Positions 24,001 to 36,600 of a stretch of 64,000 bases of DNA are shown here, piece after piece. The position numbers and the translations under genes were made by a program. Every line of letters starts with the position of its first letter. The stretch's first letter is position 1. Source of the stretch: Asterias rubens (lineage: Eukaryota); the NCBI RefSeq assembly GCF_902459465.1, contig NC_047070.1, forward strand, positions 19,282,001-19,346,000. The letters are read 5' to 3'. The notes below the pieces were generated by a model that ran no database searches, was not told the DNA's origin, and worked only from the letters and a program-made list of their open reading frames with translations.

Positions 24001-27000
24001 AACTGTTGGATTCAGTGGCACATCAAATCTAAGCAGAATTAAATAAATCCCAACAATGCTTGAGAGTGATGAAAAAACCTTCAAGGAGGATGCCTAAAGA
24101 TCGACTAAAGCACTGTAGTTCGCAAGCCTGAGAAACTAACTCTTTGTGAAATCGACCCCAGGAGGGCTTTCAGTGGTAATGTTTACAAATTGTCTGGACT
24201 ATGGGCTGAATCTTATTTGATTCTTCAACCTACCCGTGATTGGATGATAACCCCATCAGTCTTTGATGAAGGCCTTTCATCTCTTCTTGGAGTATGGTCG
24301 TTTGACGTTCTCCTTCATTGCTTTGTTTCATACCATCTTCATCAGTTCTAGAAATAGTCCCTTCCTTACATCTGAATATATAAAGGAAGACAAATATACA
24401 TTGCTATAAAATGGTTTCAATTCAATTCAATTTAACATTCATTTCCGTACTCACAATAAGAAAAGATAGAATCATAGACAAAAATAAAGTAGTACAACAC
24501 TAGCAAAGAGTAAACTTAACCAATGATACTGAAAAAATGTGATAATATAAGTTTTGATTAACGGATTGTTCAAATAAGCCAAGGTTTGTGGGAAACAGCC
24601 TTAGAAAAAAAGAAAATAATAATAAGCAAAAACAACATAAAAATAAACACTACAGGAGAAAATGCAACAATGCACCAGTAATGAGCTAAATATACAGATA
24701 ATGGTCAAGAAAATAATGAAAATTATGACCAGCTAGAATCCTAAAAAAACCTGAGAGCTAAGGATGAGCAGTGGAATCAGGAGAGAAAGCTAAGTTACCT
24801 AATGAGAGAGAAATGAGGTTAAACATTGAGCATTCTACGTTCAAGTTCAAACAGTTATTGCACAATATGGGAATTCCGACCTCCATAATGGTGTAGTTGT
24901 TTAAATGTTTTTGTTGACTGTGTATATTTAAATTAAATTTGAAGTAAATTGATTTACCTGTCCTCTGTGTCAGCGGCTAGCTCAGCCTCAGGAATACTGC
25001 CAGTATTCTTGGCATATTCCACCACAAGTGTATGACCCAAGACTTTCAACTGATGCAATCTGGAAAGGGCCTAGAATTTAAAAACAAATAACAACAAACG
25101 TATTTGTAATATTTTATGAACCTGCAAAAATACCGATATTACAGATTGCTTTAAATTAATGGTTTTGCTCATATTTTGTATGACAATTCTTTTAAAAGTC
25201 TTTGGAAGCAAGCCTCCTTCCCAATAAACTGCTGCCTCAACTATAATTAGACAAAAACATATATTGTATTATATGAATTGTATTTACTTACTTGTTCTGC
25301 AGATCTGTGGTCTTTGAATGAAGCAAAAGCTGTATGTTTCTACACAAAACAAATTTGAAAGATTTATTTACAATTTTACTAAACAAACAAAACAAAGGCA
25401 CGAGTTTCTTGAAATAAAAATCTGTTATCAAGCTGAACACTAGAAAAAAAATCCTCAACCACACATATTTGGGAGTAGAATTAAAAAACAAATTAGAGGC
25501 AGTGGACACTATTGGTAATTACTCAAAATAATTATTAGCATAAAACCTTACTTGGTGATGAGTAATGGGGAGAGGTTGGTAGTATAAAACATTGTGAGAA
25601 ACGGCTCCCTCTGAAGTGGAGTAGTTTTCGAGAAAGAAGTAATTTTTCACAAATTTGATTTCGCGACCTCAAGTTTAGAATTTGAGGTCTCGAAATCAAG
25701 CATCTGAAAGCACACAACTTTGTGTGACAAGGGTGTTTTTTTCTTTCATAGTGTGGCGAAAACTGCCTTGCGTTTTAGGAATAATTATAGAGTTGTTGAG
25801 ACAATTTAAATTATATCTCATTAACATGTCTTGCTAATTTACCATTATTGTAATCTTAACTGCAGCTAAATTAAGTGTTCACACATCTGGTTGTGCGTAT
25901 TGGTCAGTGCGGCACGCTTACAAACTGCTAGCGCGCACGCTACTAAATGTGTTTACATGTGTTTTCTTAACGCTTATAAATAAACCAATTAGTTCTCTGC
26001 CTTCGGCAAGCTGCGTGCAGCGCGTACTTCTGCTCGGCTTTAAAAGGGGACGAAAACTAGAGATCGGGGCTCAGTTGCTTCCAGACTCGAGATCGCCAGT
26101 CAAGACCTCAAAACCTCAAGACCTCAAGAACTCAAGACCTCAAGAACTCAAGACCATTCAAGATAACACACACACGCAAATGATGGTACTCACTCTATTT
26201 ATTGGCGAATCTCATTAGATAATTACTACAACACGAGCAGCCACGCTACCATGTACTGCTGCGTGCGAATGAACCAGTGGACTGATTGATTGCAGATTAC
26301 CTTAATATAATACCGTTTAAATCAAGAGAGGGCGCTATGTACATTTTGTGATTGAACATGATTGAATAAAATACACACTGTGTAGTTCCTTGCGGTAAAT
26401 AAAAATTAACGACAATGCATTGCCAAATCGCGCTCGTGTGTACAAAAACACTAGTTGCGATAATCGTAACCCTCCATCCTCCCGACGGTCGGAGACCGGA
26501 GGGTTACGACACAAGACTGATACTATCGGTGTAACTAGCAGTTTTGACCAGTTTTTGCCAGACTCGTGATCAGATTCGTCCTTTTTTTCCACTTTCCAAA
26601 ATCATGACAGACATTCTAAACACATGGAGTTGATCTTTATTGTATGACAACGTCATCTGCAACCCTTAAAACAACATCATGAAAATATTTGGCAGAAAAA
26701 ACGACAAAAACTTACCAAAAGACTGACCGAATATATCCATAATCCATAGCGGGACCAACTAGTGATTTTGAAGGTCGCACTTGCTTGGCAACAACCAATC
26801 AGCGTGACCCAACCATCGATGTCGTATGCGTATCGGCCATTCCAGCTTGCAAACTCACCGCCTGTGAGTGTAAGCACCGATCCCCCGCACCGAGTGCGCA
26901 GCATGCAGGCATGTACATGTACATGTACATGTACTGTATGAACATCGTGCGTGCACAAACTATACAGCTCGTAAGTACCGTGTGCTGCTCCATACCCCCA

Positions 27001-28300
27001 CATGGCCAAACACACCCTGACGTTGTGTGTATGTGTGCAAGTGTACACAATACATGTACATGTACATGCCTGCATGCTGCGCACTCGGTGCGGCGGATCG
27101 GTGCTTACACACACAGGCGGTGAGTTTGCAAGCTGGAATGGCCGATACGCATACGACATCGATGGTTGGGTCACGCTGATTGGTTGTTGCCAAGCAAGTG
27201 CGACGTAGTTGGTCCCGCTATGGATTGTGGATATATTCGGTCAGTCTTTTGGTAAGTTTTTGTCGTTTTTTCTGCCAAATATTTTCATGATGTAGTTTTA
27301 AGGGTTCCAGATGACGTTGTCATACAATAAAGATCAACTCCATGTGTTTAGAATGTCTGTCATGATTTTGGAAAGTGGAAAAAAAAGGACGAATCTGATC
27401 ACGAGTCTGGCAAAAACTGGTCAAAACTGCTAGTTACACCGATAATATCAGTCTTGTGTCGTAACCCTCCGGTCTCCGACCGTCGGGAGGATGGAGGGTT
27501 ACGATTATCGCAACTACAAAAACACAATCTACAATGTTTGCACAATCTTCGGATTGCACGCAGTTTATCAGAATCATCAACTTGGGCTGCAGTACAAACA
27601 GAGCGCAAATTCGCAGATTGTGCACGCTTTTGCTCTCCCAGCAGGTTCAGCTAAAATTCGGCAGATCGCAAAACGCTTATTGCGCACAAGTTTTTCCCAA
27701 TTCGTTTAGCAAATTTGTTAATACGTTCCACTAGCGAAGACACAACAGGCAGAAGAAGTGTGTGGAGGATTTTGGACATAATTTTTAGTCAAATCTTTTT
27801 GTTTTTGGGGGAAATAATCTGACACAATCGTACCTCCACATGAACCATCAACATCTCCTGTGTACCTCATGTGAGTTTTATTATTCTGAAGAGGTTTTTG
27901 ATACATTTTGCAACACTTTTTTGTCCACAATTAAATTTCTGCAATTTGTTTTATTTTATAAAAAAAAAAAAAAAAGTTGGGCGGCGATTTTGAAAGGCCT
28001 TCATAAACTGGCAATTTTATTTTCCTGGGGGAAATGCATCTCTGCATACAATAGTCATTTAAAACATAGACCCCCATACCATAGTGATATGTATAATCTT
28101 GTGTCCGGAAACTAGACCTACAAACTCAAACTCACCATTCTCCCGTAATTGGATAAGACCTTGGCATGCTCAGCCCCAAAATACTTCAAGAAGTCTTGTT
28201 TCTCCATAGAATTCATAGAACTTGGAAGGTGACGTATTATAAGAGTATTCTGAGGAGAACCACGGCCAGAAAAATTCCTTTCTTTACCGGGCGCAGCCAT
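18076..28300 (-). CDS. RNPC3: RNA-binding region-containing protein 3 (U11/U12 di-snRNP 65K), ~531 aa, 12 coding exons
   Basis: Exons (minus strand): 28136-28300, 25292-25339, 24958-25070, 24234-24371, 23848-24028, 22487-22605, 21772-22016, 20094-20321, 19640-19734, 19377-19435, 18699-18831, 18076-18147. Phases are consistent (1596 nt). RRM1 (LIIRHLP...KHTAFASF...LHQLKVLGHTLVVEYAK), the middle motif PKFYTQVLHLMNKMSLPAPFGP and RRM2 (LYLKNLAK...GRMKGQAFVGLP...GKPIVVQFARS) match RNPC3. Confidence 0.95.
18148..18698 (-). other. U12-type (minor spliceosome) GT-AG intron, last intron of RNPC3
   Basis: Minus strand: donor GTG|GTATCCTTTTC at 18698; branch site TCCTTAAC at 18170-18163; acceptor CATCAG|CAATTT at 18148, with no polypyrimidine tract. 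Splicing joins GKPIVV to QFARSAK in frame. Confidence 0.93.
19930..20170 (-). repeat. 102-bp tandem repeat (~2.4 copies) across an RNPC3 exon end and donor
   Basis: CTTCCATCACATG|GTAAGTATCTTGAG occurs at both 20094 and 19992; peptide repeat EDEDVEEELTEFISRKELRNKLPSHGKYLETQFL. Confidence 0.93.
20371..20590. mobile_element. MITE with CCAATTTCATRG-type TIRs
   Basis: GGGGCAAATTTCATAGAGCTGCTAAGCA / TGCTTAGCAGCTCTATGAAATTGGG. Related elements at ~16989-17241 (GGGCCCAATTTCATGGCT / AGCCATGAAATTGGGCCC) and ~10596-10933. Confidence 0.75.
20830..21181 (+). mobile_element. tRNA-derived SINE family E
   Basis: A-box TGGCCGAGCGG and B-box GTTCGAATCC, followed by the GACACTTG...GAGCAAGACACTT body and a (TAT)n tail. 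Related copies at ~22100-22400 (-), ~22692-22996 (-), ~55260-55667 (-) and ~60790-61110 (+). Confidence 0.8.
23418..23792. mobile_element. TTAA-flanked MITE family A, full copy
   Basis: Same TIRs and internal sequence as 8301-8682; TTAA at 23414-23417 and 23793-23796. Confidence 0.85.
26452..27516. mobile_element. 1,065-bp foldback element with ~470-bp TIRs and a 9-bp TSD (Mutator-like, non-autonomous)
   Basis: TAGTTGCGATAATCG... at 26452 and ...CGATTATCGCAACTA at 27516. The arms are near-perfect inverted copies to ~26920 and ~27050. CAAAAACAC is duplicated at 26443-26451 and 27517-27525. No transposase ORF. Confidence 0.9.
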
Positions 28301-28710
28301 GTTGAAAAATTTAATTTGTTTTCTTTCTTTTTTTTCTTTTTCTTTTTACTGCGAAACACACATACAGACGTCTTGAGTATACAGGGTACCATACAGTTTT
28401 ACAACGGAACCAGTCTACATTCCTGGAAAATTTAGCAGAGCATTCAGAAAATAGAACACATACAGTACAGGGAGGTGACGCGTGTCTCATTTCGCTAATT
28501 TCTGAAAGTGAATAAAAAATCTGGTTAACCTTCAGAAAACGAGTAAGGAGACATTTTGAAACCTCCCTGTACTGTATGTGTTCTATGTTCTGTATCGGCT
28601 GATGCAGTTGTCACAAGAGGGCGCTATAACCGTGAACCGAGAACCGCTAACATGCAACGAAGGAGTCCAACGAACCTGGGCTAGAAGAACACAATATTTG
28701 GTCTTCCATG
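28301..28710. promoter_or_regulatory. Probable bidirectional promoter RNPC3/UBOX5
   Basis: The RNPC3 ATG (28300, -) and the probable first UBOX5 exon (donor at ~28710, +) diverge across ~400 bp. Confidence 0.6.
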
Positions 28711-28960
28711 GTAAGGAATCAAAGTAAAACATTTAAAATATCATCAAGACAGGTGAGGTGTACAAGAAAAACTAGCACTAGTAGCAGTTTAATTTTATTT
28801 CATATTAATGTTTCTAATTGTTCCAATGTCTTTTTATCTAATTCTAAACGCAGATGGCATGCAATGCATGCAGGCAGAGCCAGAGGGGGGAGGAGACAGT
28901 AAACAAAAAATGAAATGATGAAGGCCAGCTTTTCATGATTCTTCAAACTTATACGGTAAC

Positions 28961-31900
28961 ATGGCCATTAACTTCTGCAGTCATGAATATGGCACAATAG
29001 TCACAACAAGTTCTGTGAGTGCAGATGGATACGAAGTAGACAACTTACTTGGGAAGGCTAAGACAATGTGGGGCCAGCCCAAAGGTTTTGTTGCAGAGAG
29101 CTTCATCAAACCCCCTGTCGACATCAACCTCATGTTTCGATTCAACGTATGGATTCAGAAGATTGTAATTGATCCTAAAGTAGGCAGTCAGATGTCAGGA
29201 GGGGTAGAAGTGTTTACAGCCTCCGTACCAATGAGCAACCAAAAAGGAATTCCTCCTGAAGATAAAGAACGTAAAGATTGTCCTGAAAAGCCATCTTTAA
29301 GAAACCAAAGTGGTATGCAGTCGGAAAAGAAGGAAGCTGTGTTTGCAAGTGTTGGCAGAGCTTTCTCCACAGACAAAAACACAACAAGTTTCTGTTTTGT
29401 AAATCACGGTTACCAAGCAATTTATACTCCGACTACAAGTAATCGGCATTCAGATGAACCCTCTTCTTCAAGACCAGGGGAAGTGAAAAGGTTTCTACGC
29501 AACTCTCAATTTGGTGCTTTGACTAATGTAAGTCACATGACACTGCGGATCAATCGTGTCATCAGTGGATCTGTCGCTATAAAATGTGTTCAAGTTTTGG
29601 GACAGCCTTCTAGAAACTGCTCCAAGCAAACGATTCATTGGGTTCTGCAAGTCGCAAACTCTCAGAATCCACTGAAGACTAAGGTGAAACCTCACTGTGT
29701 TACAAAGAAAGCTGAGCCTACCAAGGAAACCTTGAGACATCACGCCAAGAAAGTCCTAAATTCTGTCAATGAACAAGGTTGCCCGGAGGAGTTCATGGAC
29801 CCCATTACTAATGACATGCTGATACTTCCAGTTTTATTACCATCTGGTCACACCATAAACAGTGAAACCTTGACGAAACACAGTGAAGCAGAGGCTGTAT
29901 GGGGGCGCCCTCCGAATGATCCATTTACCGGGATACCTTTCTCCCAGAACAGTAAACCTCTTCCTAATGTGATACTGAAAGAGCGGATTGATCAATATAT
30001 ACTAAAAGGTGGGAACAGCGTGTCAGTTGGAGCTAGAGATGTCGGTAGATCGAGTAATAGAACCTCAAACCAAGCAATACATGTACCTACAGCAGCATCT
30101 CTTGTATGTCATCCAAGAACTAAATGTATTTCACTCATCAAAGAAGAGGATAGTGTGAAACCTTTAAAAGCACCAAACCTTGATCAAAGCAACAGTAATA
30201 ACATCAGTACCTCAGGTAGAACACCTTCATATCCAGAAAGCAGAATTTCTAGTGCAACATCAAAGAGGAAGTTTCCTGTAGAATCTAGCCACCGTTCTAT
30301 GACCAAGAGAAGACTACTTACCAACCCAAAGAATAAGGAAGAGGTTTCTGATACTGGACCATCAAGTTCGTCTTCACTCCAAGGTATGGGGGGGGGGGGG
30401 TGTACAGATGGAATGCTTGGTTCACTTCTTCTAATAAAATTCAAGACTTGTTGATTAACAGGCCTGATACTTCAGTGAGGCAAGGTGCCTTTGAATTGCT
30501 CCAGTACAAATTTGCAATTTCCTCATAAGGTGCCCTTTACCAAGAATCAAATGCCTTGGTGCCCTTGCCCTTTCAAAAACGAAGCATACAGGCCTGGATT
30601 AAGTACTAGTTATCCTTTCTAAAACCTATAAATTGAAAGTGGGAAGTACTTTATATGATCTGTATTCAAAATAAGAACAAACAGGTTTTATTCCAAATTG
30701 CATTGCCCAATTGAAATTATTTCAGAAAGTCTTTGGAATGGTTTTAATACTGGTTTTCAGAATTGTGAGAATGGGTATGGTCTAAAATTATCTTCCCACC
30801 CTTGATGATGAAAACAAAGTTACTTTACTGCCTCAAAAAGTCAATGTTTTGTTGTTGATTTTTTTTTTAAAGTCAATTTTATGTTTATATTCACAGCTTC
30901 CACAGTCTGTCATGAGGACATGTTATCTCAGAGTCTGGATGTAGCTTTGGAAGAGGCGTTATCTTCGGTACCATCATTCAGCAGAAAGGCACATTCCAGT
31001 ACTAGCACAGGTAAACAATTATTAAGTATGAGGAAGGTGCAAGCATTCCAATGTTCTAAATGATGAAGGTGCCAAAACTAATGTTCTAAATGGATCTATG
31101 GATCATAGTATGTATTTGCTTTTGTTGTCCCTTGCCCATCTCGGGGTATTATTGTCAATGTATTATGTTTTGAACTGTTATGGCAAATAAAATAATAAAT
31201 AATAATAAATGATGAAGGTGCCAGCATTCTACTGTTCCAAATAATGAATAAAGGTACCAGCATTCCAAGGTTCTAAATGATGAAGGTGCTAGCATTCTAA
31301 TGTTCTTAATGATTGATGAATGTGCCAGTATTCTAAAGTTCTAAATGATAAATGAAGGTGCCAGTGTTATAAGGTTCTTAATGGTAAATGAATGTGCCAG
31401 TATTCTAAAGTTCGAAATGGAATTGAATGAAGTTGTCAGCATTCTAAAGTTTTCAATGATAAATGAAGGTGCCAGCATTCTAAGGTTCCAAATGACGAAT
31501 AGAGGTGCCAGCATTCTAATGTTCTAATGATGAATGACGGTGCCAGCACTCTTACGTTTTAATTGATGAATGAAGGTGCGATTAATCTTGCATTCTTAAT
31601 GATAAATGAAGGTGCCAGCATTCCAATGTTCTAAATGATGAATAAAGGTGCCAGCATTCTAATGTTCTAAATGATGAATAAAGGTGCTAGCATTCTAAGG
31701 TTCCAATGATGAATGAAAGTACTACGAATGAAATAGTCTTTATGGGCCTATACATTTTAAAATACTGAAGTCCAATGCAAGTGTATCTATTTATTTCTTC
31801 AGATCAAGAAGTCTCCAACAGATGGTCCTGCGCTGCTTGTGGTAATACTATAGCAACCAAAGAAGGTTACCATGTCAACGGGCCCATCAACATGTATAAG

Positions 31901-32023
31901 TTACCATGTGCACACATGGTGTGTAGAAGTTGCCTTTTGTTACCTGAACAAAAGAAAATAAGAAAATGTTCAACTTGTCATAAAAGTTTTGATGCATCAC
32001 AAGTTGTCAAGGTGCATTTGTAG
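28961..32023 (+). CDS. UBOX5: U-box and RING domain E3 ubiquitin ligase RNF37/UBOX5, ~585 aa, 3 coding exons
   Basis: Exons 28961-30383, 30897-31010, 31803-32023 (1758 nt, phases consistent). N-terminal SADGYEVDNL...ESFIKPPVDI; U-box CPEEFMDPITNDMLILPVLLPSGHTI...NDPFTG; LSQSLDVAL motif; C-terminal RING CAAC...LPCAHMVCRSC...CSTC and VVKVHL. Probable non-coding exon with donor ATG|GTAAGG near 28710. Confidence 0.93.
31035..31720. repeat. Degenerate ~30-35-bp minisatellite in UBOX5 intron 2
   Basis: Repeated ATGA(A)TGAAGGTGCCAGCATTCTAA(T/G)GTTCTAA, interrupted by unique sequence at ~31090-31200. Confidence 0.85.
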
Positions 32024-32269
32024 ACAATTCTTGTTTGCTGTAACTTTATACTTACGATAGTTTTGTTACACAATCAAAGAGTGGATTTTGCTTAAAACAT
32101 CAATTATCAAGTGAAGTCGTTGTTTATTACCACTCAAGCAAGAGTAAAATATGCATCCCATTGTAGCCTCTTTGGATAAGGGTTGCAGCCACATTACATT
32201 TTGTCCATGTTCGACGAGAGAGCATGTGATAACAAATTTATCTTGAAGCAAATTTGACACACAGCTTAA

Positions 32270-32648
32270 AGCCATTGGACCCTTTCGGTAAACAGCAGTG
32301 TCCAAGGCCCACACTTCGTGTATCACAACTTATATATAAAATAACAAACATGTGAAAATTTAGGCTCAATCGGTCATCGGAGTCGGGAGAAAATAACTAA
32401 CGAGAAAACCCACCCTTGTATCCGCACGTTTCGCCGTGTCATGACATGGGTTTAAAATAAATCCGTTATTCTTGTTGTCGAGAATTGATAATTGTTTTAA
32501 TGTTTTCTCAAAAAGTAAAGTATTTCATGGAATAATATTTCAAGAGAAGTCTTTCACCACTACCTTCTGTTTCTGTACCTTCTGTAAACCCTGTAAGTTA
32601 TTTGTAAATCTGTAAACTTTTTTTCTGTTCCGAAAGGGTCCAATGGCT
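32270..32648. mobile_element. TTAA-flanked MITE family B
   Basis: TIRs AGCCATTGGACCCTTTCGG / CCGAAAGGGTCCAATGGCT with TTAA on both sides; partial copy in the opposite orientation at ~37255-37524. Confidence 0.85.
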
Positions 32649-33683
32649 TTAAATAGCGCAATAGCACGGTTAAAGAGCCGCATATTACAGGACTATAACA
32701 GGGTTTCATATTGGCCATGCAATATAAAGCTTTCACACTCTTGTTGCTATGGATCAACCAATCAGAATTGAGGTTTCAAGTTTGCTTGAAGATGAAAGGT
32801 GGTACACCCAAACTCAGTGACTGTACGGCTAATGTAGAAAACACTTTGTAGAAATTGACGTGATTTTCACTGTTAGTTTAGAATTCCAGGGCTGTCCTCA
32901 ACGTTGGCTGCCTGTATATCATGATAGTGCAATCCAAATTATTAATGCTGGGTTAGCATTTAATGACTACAAGTTTACTTCTTGATGAATATTTTAAGAT
33001 GTGTAACTTTTTGACTTGCTGTTGGCAATTATTTATTTAAACACAGCAGAATGAGAATGCTATCCAATTGTAGGCTGGTACTGACTGAAAATCCAGATTC
33101 TGAGGATTTAATATACAGAAATAACATTTATAGAAAGCTGTATATTTGAGTTGTTTTTCAAATGACCAATATCATAGCGCAAAAATTGTAAACCAAATGG
33201 CTTGAATCTTTTGTATGAATGTGTGTTTTTCAAAAGGCGTAAATTCCTTTCTCAAATAAATATTTTTCAAAAAGTGCTAAATAGTCTGTGTTGACATTTG
33301 TTGGTTGTCTTTTGTTGTTGTTTTTGTGTTGGGGGACGGGATTCAGAAGAAAATACTGCTTAGCTAATTTATTTGCTACGCAATAACTGGGTGGGACAAT
33401 AGTCACAACAATAACAAATTTAATGGGTTTTTGGCTGGTTACCAGTTGCTGCTAAGCAATATCTGTCTGTGCTAAGCAAGGTTTGTGCTTAAATACAGGC
33501 TTTATGAAATTTAAAGTCTCTATTTTAAAACTGTTGAGGGCGCTATTCATAGGCCACGTGCGAAACATAAACATGGCAGTAGCGCGCGGCCAGCTGTAAC
33601 TATAGCTAGCCTTGCCCGCTACTTAAAACATTGTACGAAATAATTAACTACTCAATGGGAAGTACCGTGACATTTTCAAGATA

Positions 33684-36600
33684 ATGGCTGATGCAAGGAT
33701 CGTAGAAGAGATGATAAGCAGTTCAGATTCACTCCCACAACCCGACAGTCCATTTGGAATTGAAACTACACAATCTGTAGTCGGCACTGACGAGGCCGAC
33801 GGATCGTGTGGAAATGGCCGTGTTGCTAATGATACAGAAGTTGGCTGCGACAACTCCGGTGTAAATTTGCCCGGGCTTGACGGCGCTTCAACTCCGCGGA
33901 TCATCGCTTCATTGTCGGAAGATGTCGAGGAGCATGATTGTGATGAATCGGAAGGTACTTGTGAGGAGGTTGTTCTGCTGGACGAAGTAGGAGATTGTGA
34001 AGATATCACGGAAGCTTTCTTCAACCATCTCAATAATGCTCATGCAGATGTTGCTACGACTGAGAGTGAGAAGGCTGGACAAGTTGATGATGCGGAAAAT
34101 GCGGAAAATGTTCCAGAAACAAATAAAGGTTTGGTCTGATCTACAACTATTTAAAAACATTGCAAACGTTGAGCCTCTTCATTTCTTGGAAAAGTTTCCG
34201 CATGGCGCCACCACTTTTTCATTCGATATGAAATAATATAGTATCTAATTTACCTCATTGATATATCCCTTTTTGTAAAAATGAGTGAAAAAGTGGTGGC
34301 GCCATACGGAAAGTTACCCCATTTCTTTTTTAGTTGGAACAATAATTGGATATGTTGTAGTTAATTGTAAAATTAGACTGGGAAAAGTTTCTGTATCCAC
34401 CACCACTTTTTCATTATTTTATGAAATAAAATAGTATCTAATTTACTCGACTGAGATATCCTTTTGGTAAAAATAATGAGTGACACGACACTCTACGTCA
34501 TGCTAGCTGAAGAAGAACACATGACAATGATGATAAAGATTATTAATTTAAGACGTGTATCTACATGTATGGCATTTATTTAGCAAGGAGCGATGATGGA
34601 CTGACGGACAACATGGATCAAGACATGAATGACGACATCCTGTCAATCATGTGCGATGAGAACGACATTGATCATCTGGATCTTGAGGAGGAAGTGAAGA
34701 GGTAGAGCCTTTAAGTTCACATTAGTTTTATATTTAGTAATAAATAAAAAGGAAAACGGAACTGAGTAAATTGTTCAACAATTTGGTTTGGGGTTGAACA
34801 AAGAAAACATTGATAGAGCAGGGCGTGAATCTGCATGCTCCAGATTAAAAGTGCAGGCTTTTAGTATTTATCAGTTAGGCTATCTAGGGAGTTCGCTAAA
34901 GGCTTACTTGGTAGAGCTTTAGCACTGGTATATTCATCCAGAGGGTGCAAGTTCCAGTCTAGTCTCTTTTGAGCAGCAGTGGTCAACGACCCAATGTTTC
35001 TATCAGTATGCTCTGATCATCTTCAGGAGAATGCTGGACTCTGTTGCTGGATGTAGGTTTTCATCAGAATTAAGCTCTCTGCACAGACATCAATAGGGGT
35101 GGGAATAAGGGCATAGTAACAGTAAAGTACTGTTGTAAAGTGCTCTATTTTCCTCCACAGGGATTGGAACTTTGAAAGTGGCTTGAAGAGAACTAAAAGG
35201 AAATCAGAGTCGCCAGTCAACACCCACAGTATGTCCAGGCCAAAGAGGTGTCACAGTGAATCATTCAAAAACCATTCTGAAAGGTACATGTGTGTCACAG
35301 GCTTGTATGCTTCGTTTGGAACGGGCAAGAGCACCACGGCATTTTCTCCTTGATGACTAGGGGGTATGGAGGCAATCGCCTTTGTCGCTATCGAAAAGTA
35401 TTAGGTCTGGTGTCAGTTTGATGCTCACTCATTTCCTCATTTATTCGGGGTCAGGAGATGCACCCTCAATCATCAACTCCTGATCCTCAGGCAATAGACC
35501 GATCAAGTAGGCTCCGCCCATGACGCATGTGTGAGCAAGAACACGAGGGGCTCTCCAATGCCTTTCTGCACAACTCTCCCGCGCGCGCCAAGATATACGG
35601 GCACGTATGTCGGTCCTTATTTGTCCGACCTTAGTTGCCTTGTGATTGGTCAATACGCAATGGGGCGAAGCTTAGTGGATCGGTCTAATAGTTTTCATTC
35701 ACTTCTTGTGACTTTAAGTTGTTACTGAATGTTTTTCCCCCAATGTCTGTGTCACAGGAGATTCCTGCCTAGTTCTGTGCACGCCCGACTTGGGCCTAGC
35801 CCCAAATATAACCAGGTAATTGAATCAGGGTAATGCTATTGATGTGGTTATAAATTATTGGGCCTAGGACAAATAGATGTTTGTTTCCCGTAGCATTTTC
35901 TGAAATCATTGGGACTGACACTGTAGGTAGAGAAAAAAAAAGAACAGATACCTTAAAAAAATATTGAATAAAACAACCTATTTTCTGTAGAACTTCAAAA
36001 CAATAATGTTGTGGCCAAGAAGGATACAAGACCAAGTTCAGTCTCCTGACGATGAATAGAGCAAGCTAGTCGAAACGTTGAGACCAATTCAGAACTGACT
36101 CCGTGGCAGTACAGTTAATTACGATCCTATAAGTTAAAGTAGTAGTCCAGTCTGTTTTCTATACCATCTGCCCTGGTAATAGTTAAAAAGCAGGACAGTT
36201 CTTTTCAGAACTGAGAAGTCTCCTGAACCTCCGATTATCTACTCCGTGGCAGTAGAATAAAGCAAGACAGTTCTCCTGGCAAGTAGATACACACATGGTG
36301 TTACCGCAAACCAAAATATATAATTTCAGAATGTTTGCAAGATGACTTCAAGATCCATAAATAAAGCAGCCATGATTTCTTGAAATAAAATAATGTTTTT
36401 ATTTGTCAACTTTCTGGTAGGACAATGAGCACAATAACAATACATGCTACAGATTCCTCAAGACTGGAAGTTGTCATCGACCTTCCTGTCATTTTCTGCA
36501 TCCTCCAGCAACACCCCAAGATACCAGACAGATCAGATATCACCACCCAGAGGTAATAACCACTTTGAAACAAAATGGTTTTAGGGACAACAATTCAGAA

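Noticed and set aside
26677-27208. Mirror-image ORFs on both strands (165, 112, 83, 77 and 68 aa)
   Set aside because: They lie in the foldback element, show no transposase motifs, and arise from the inverted symmetry.
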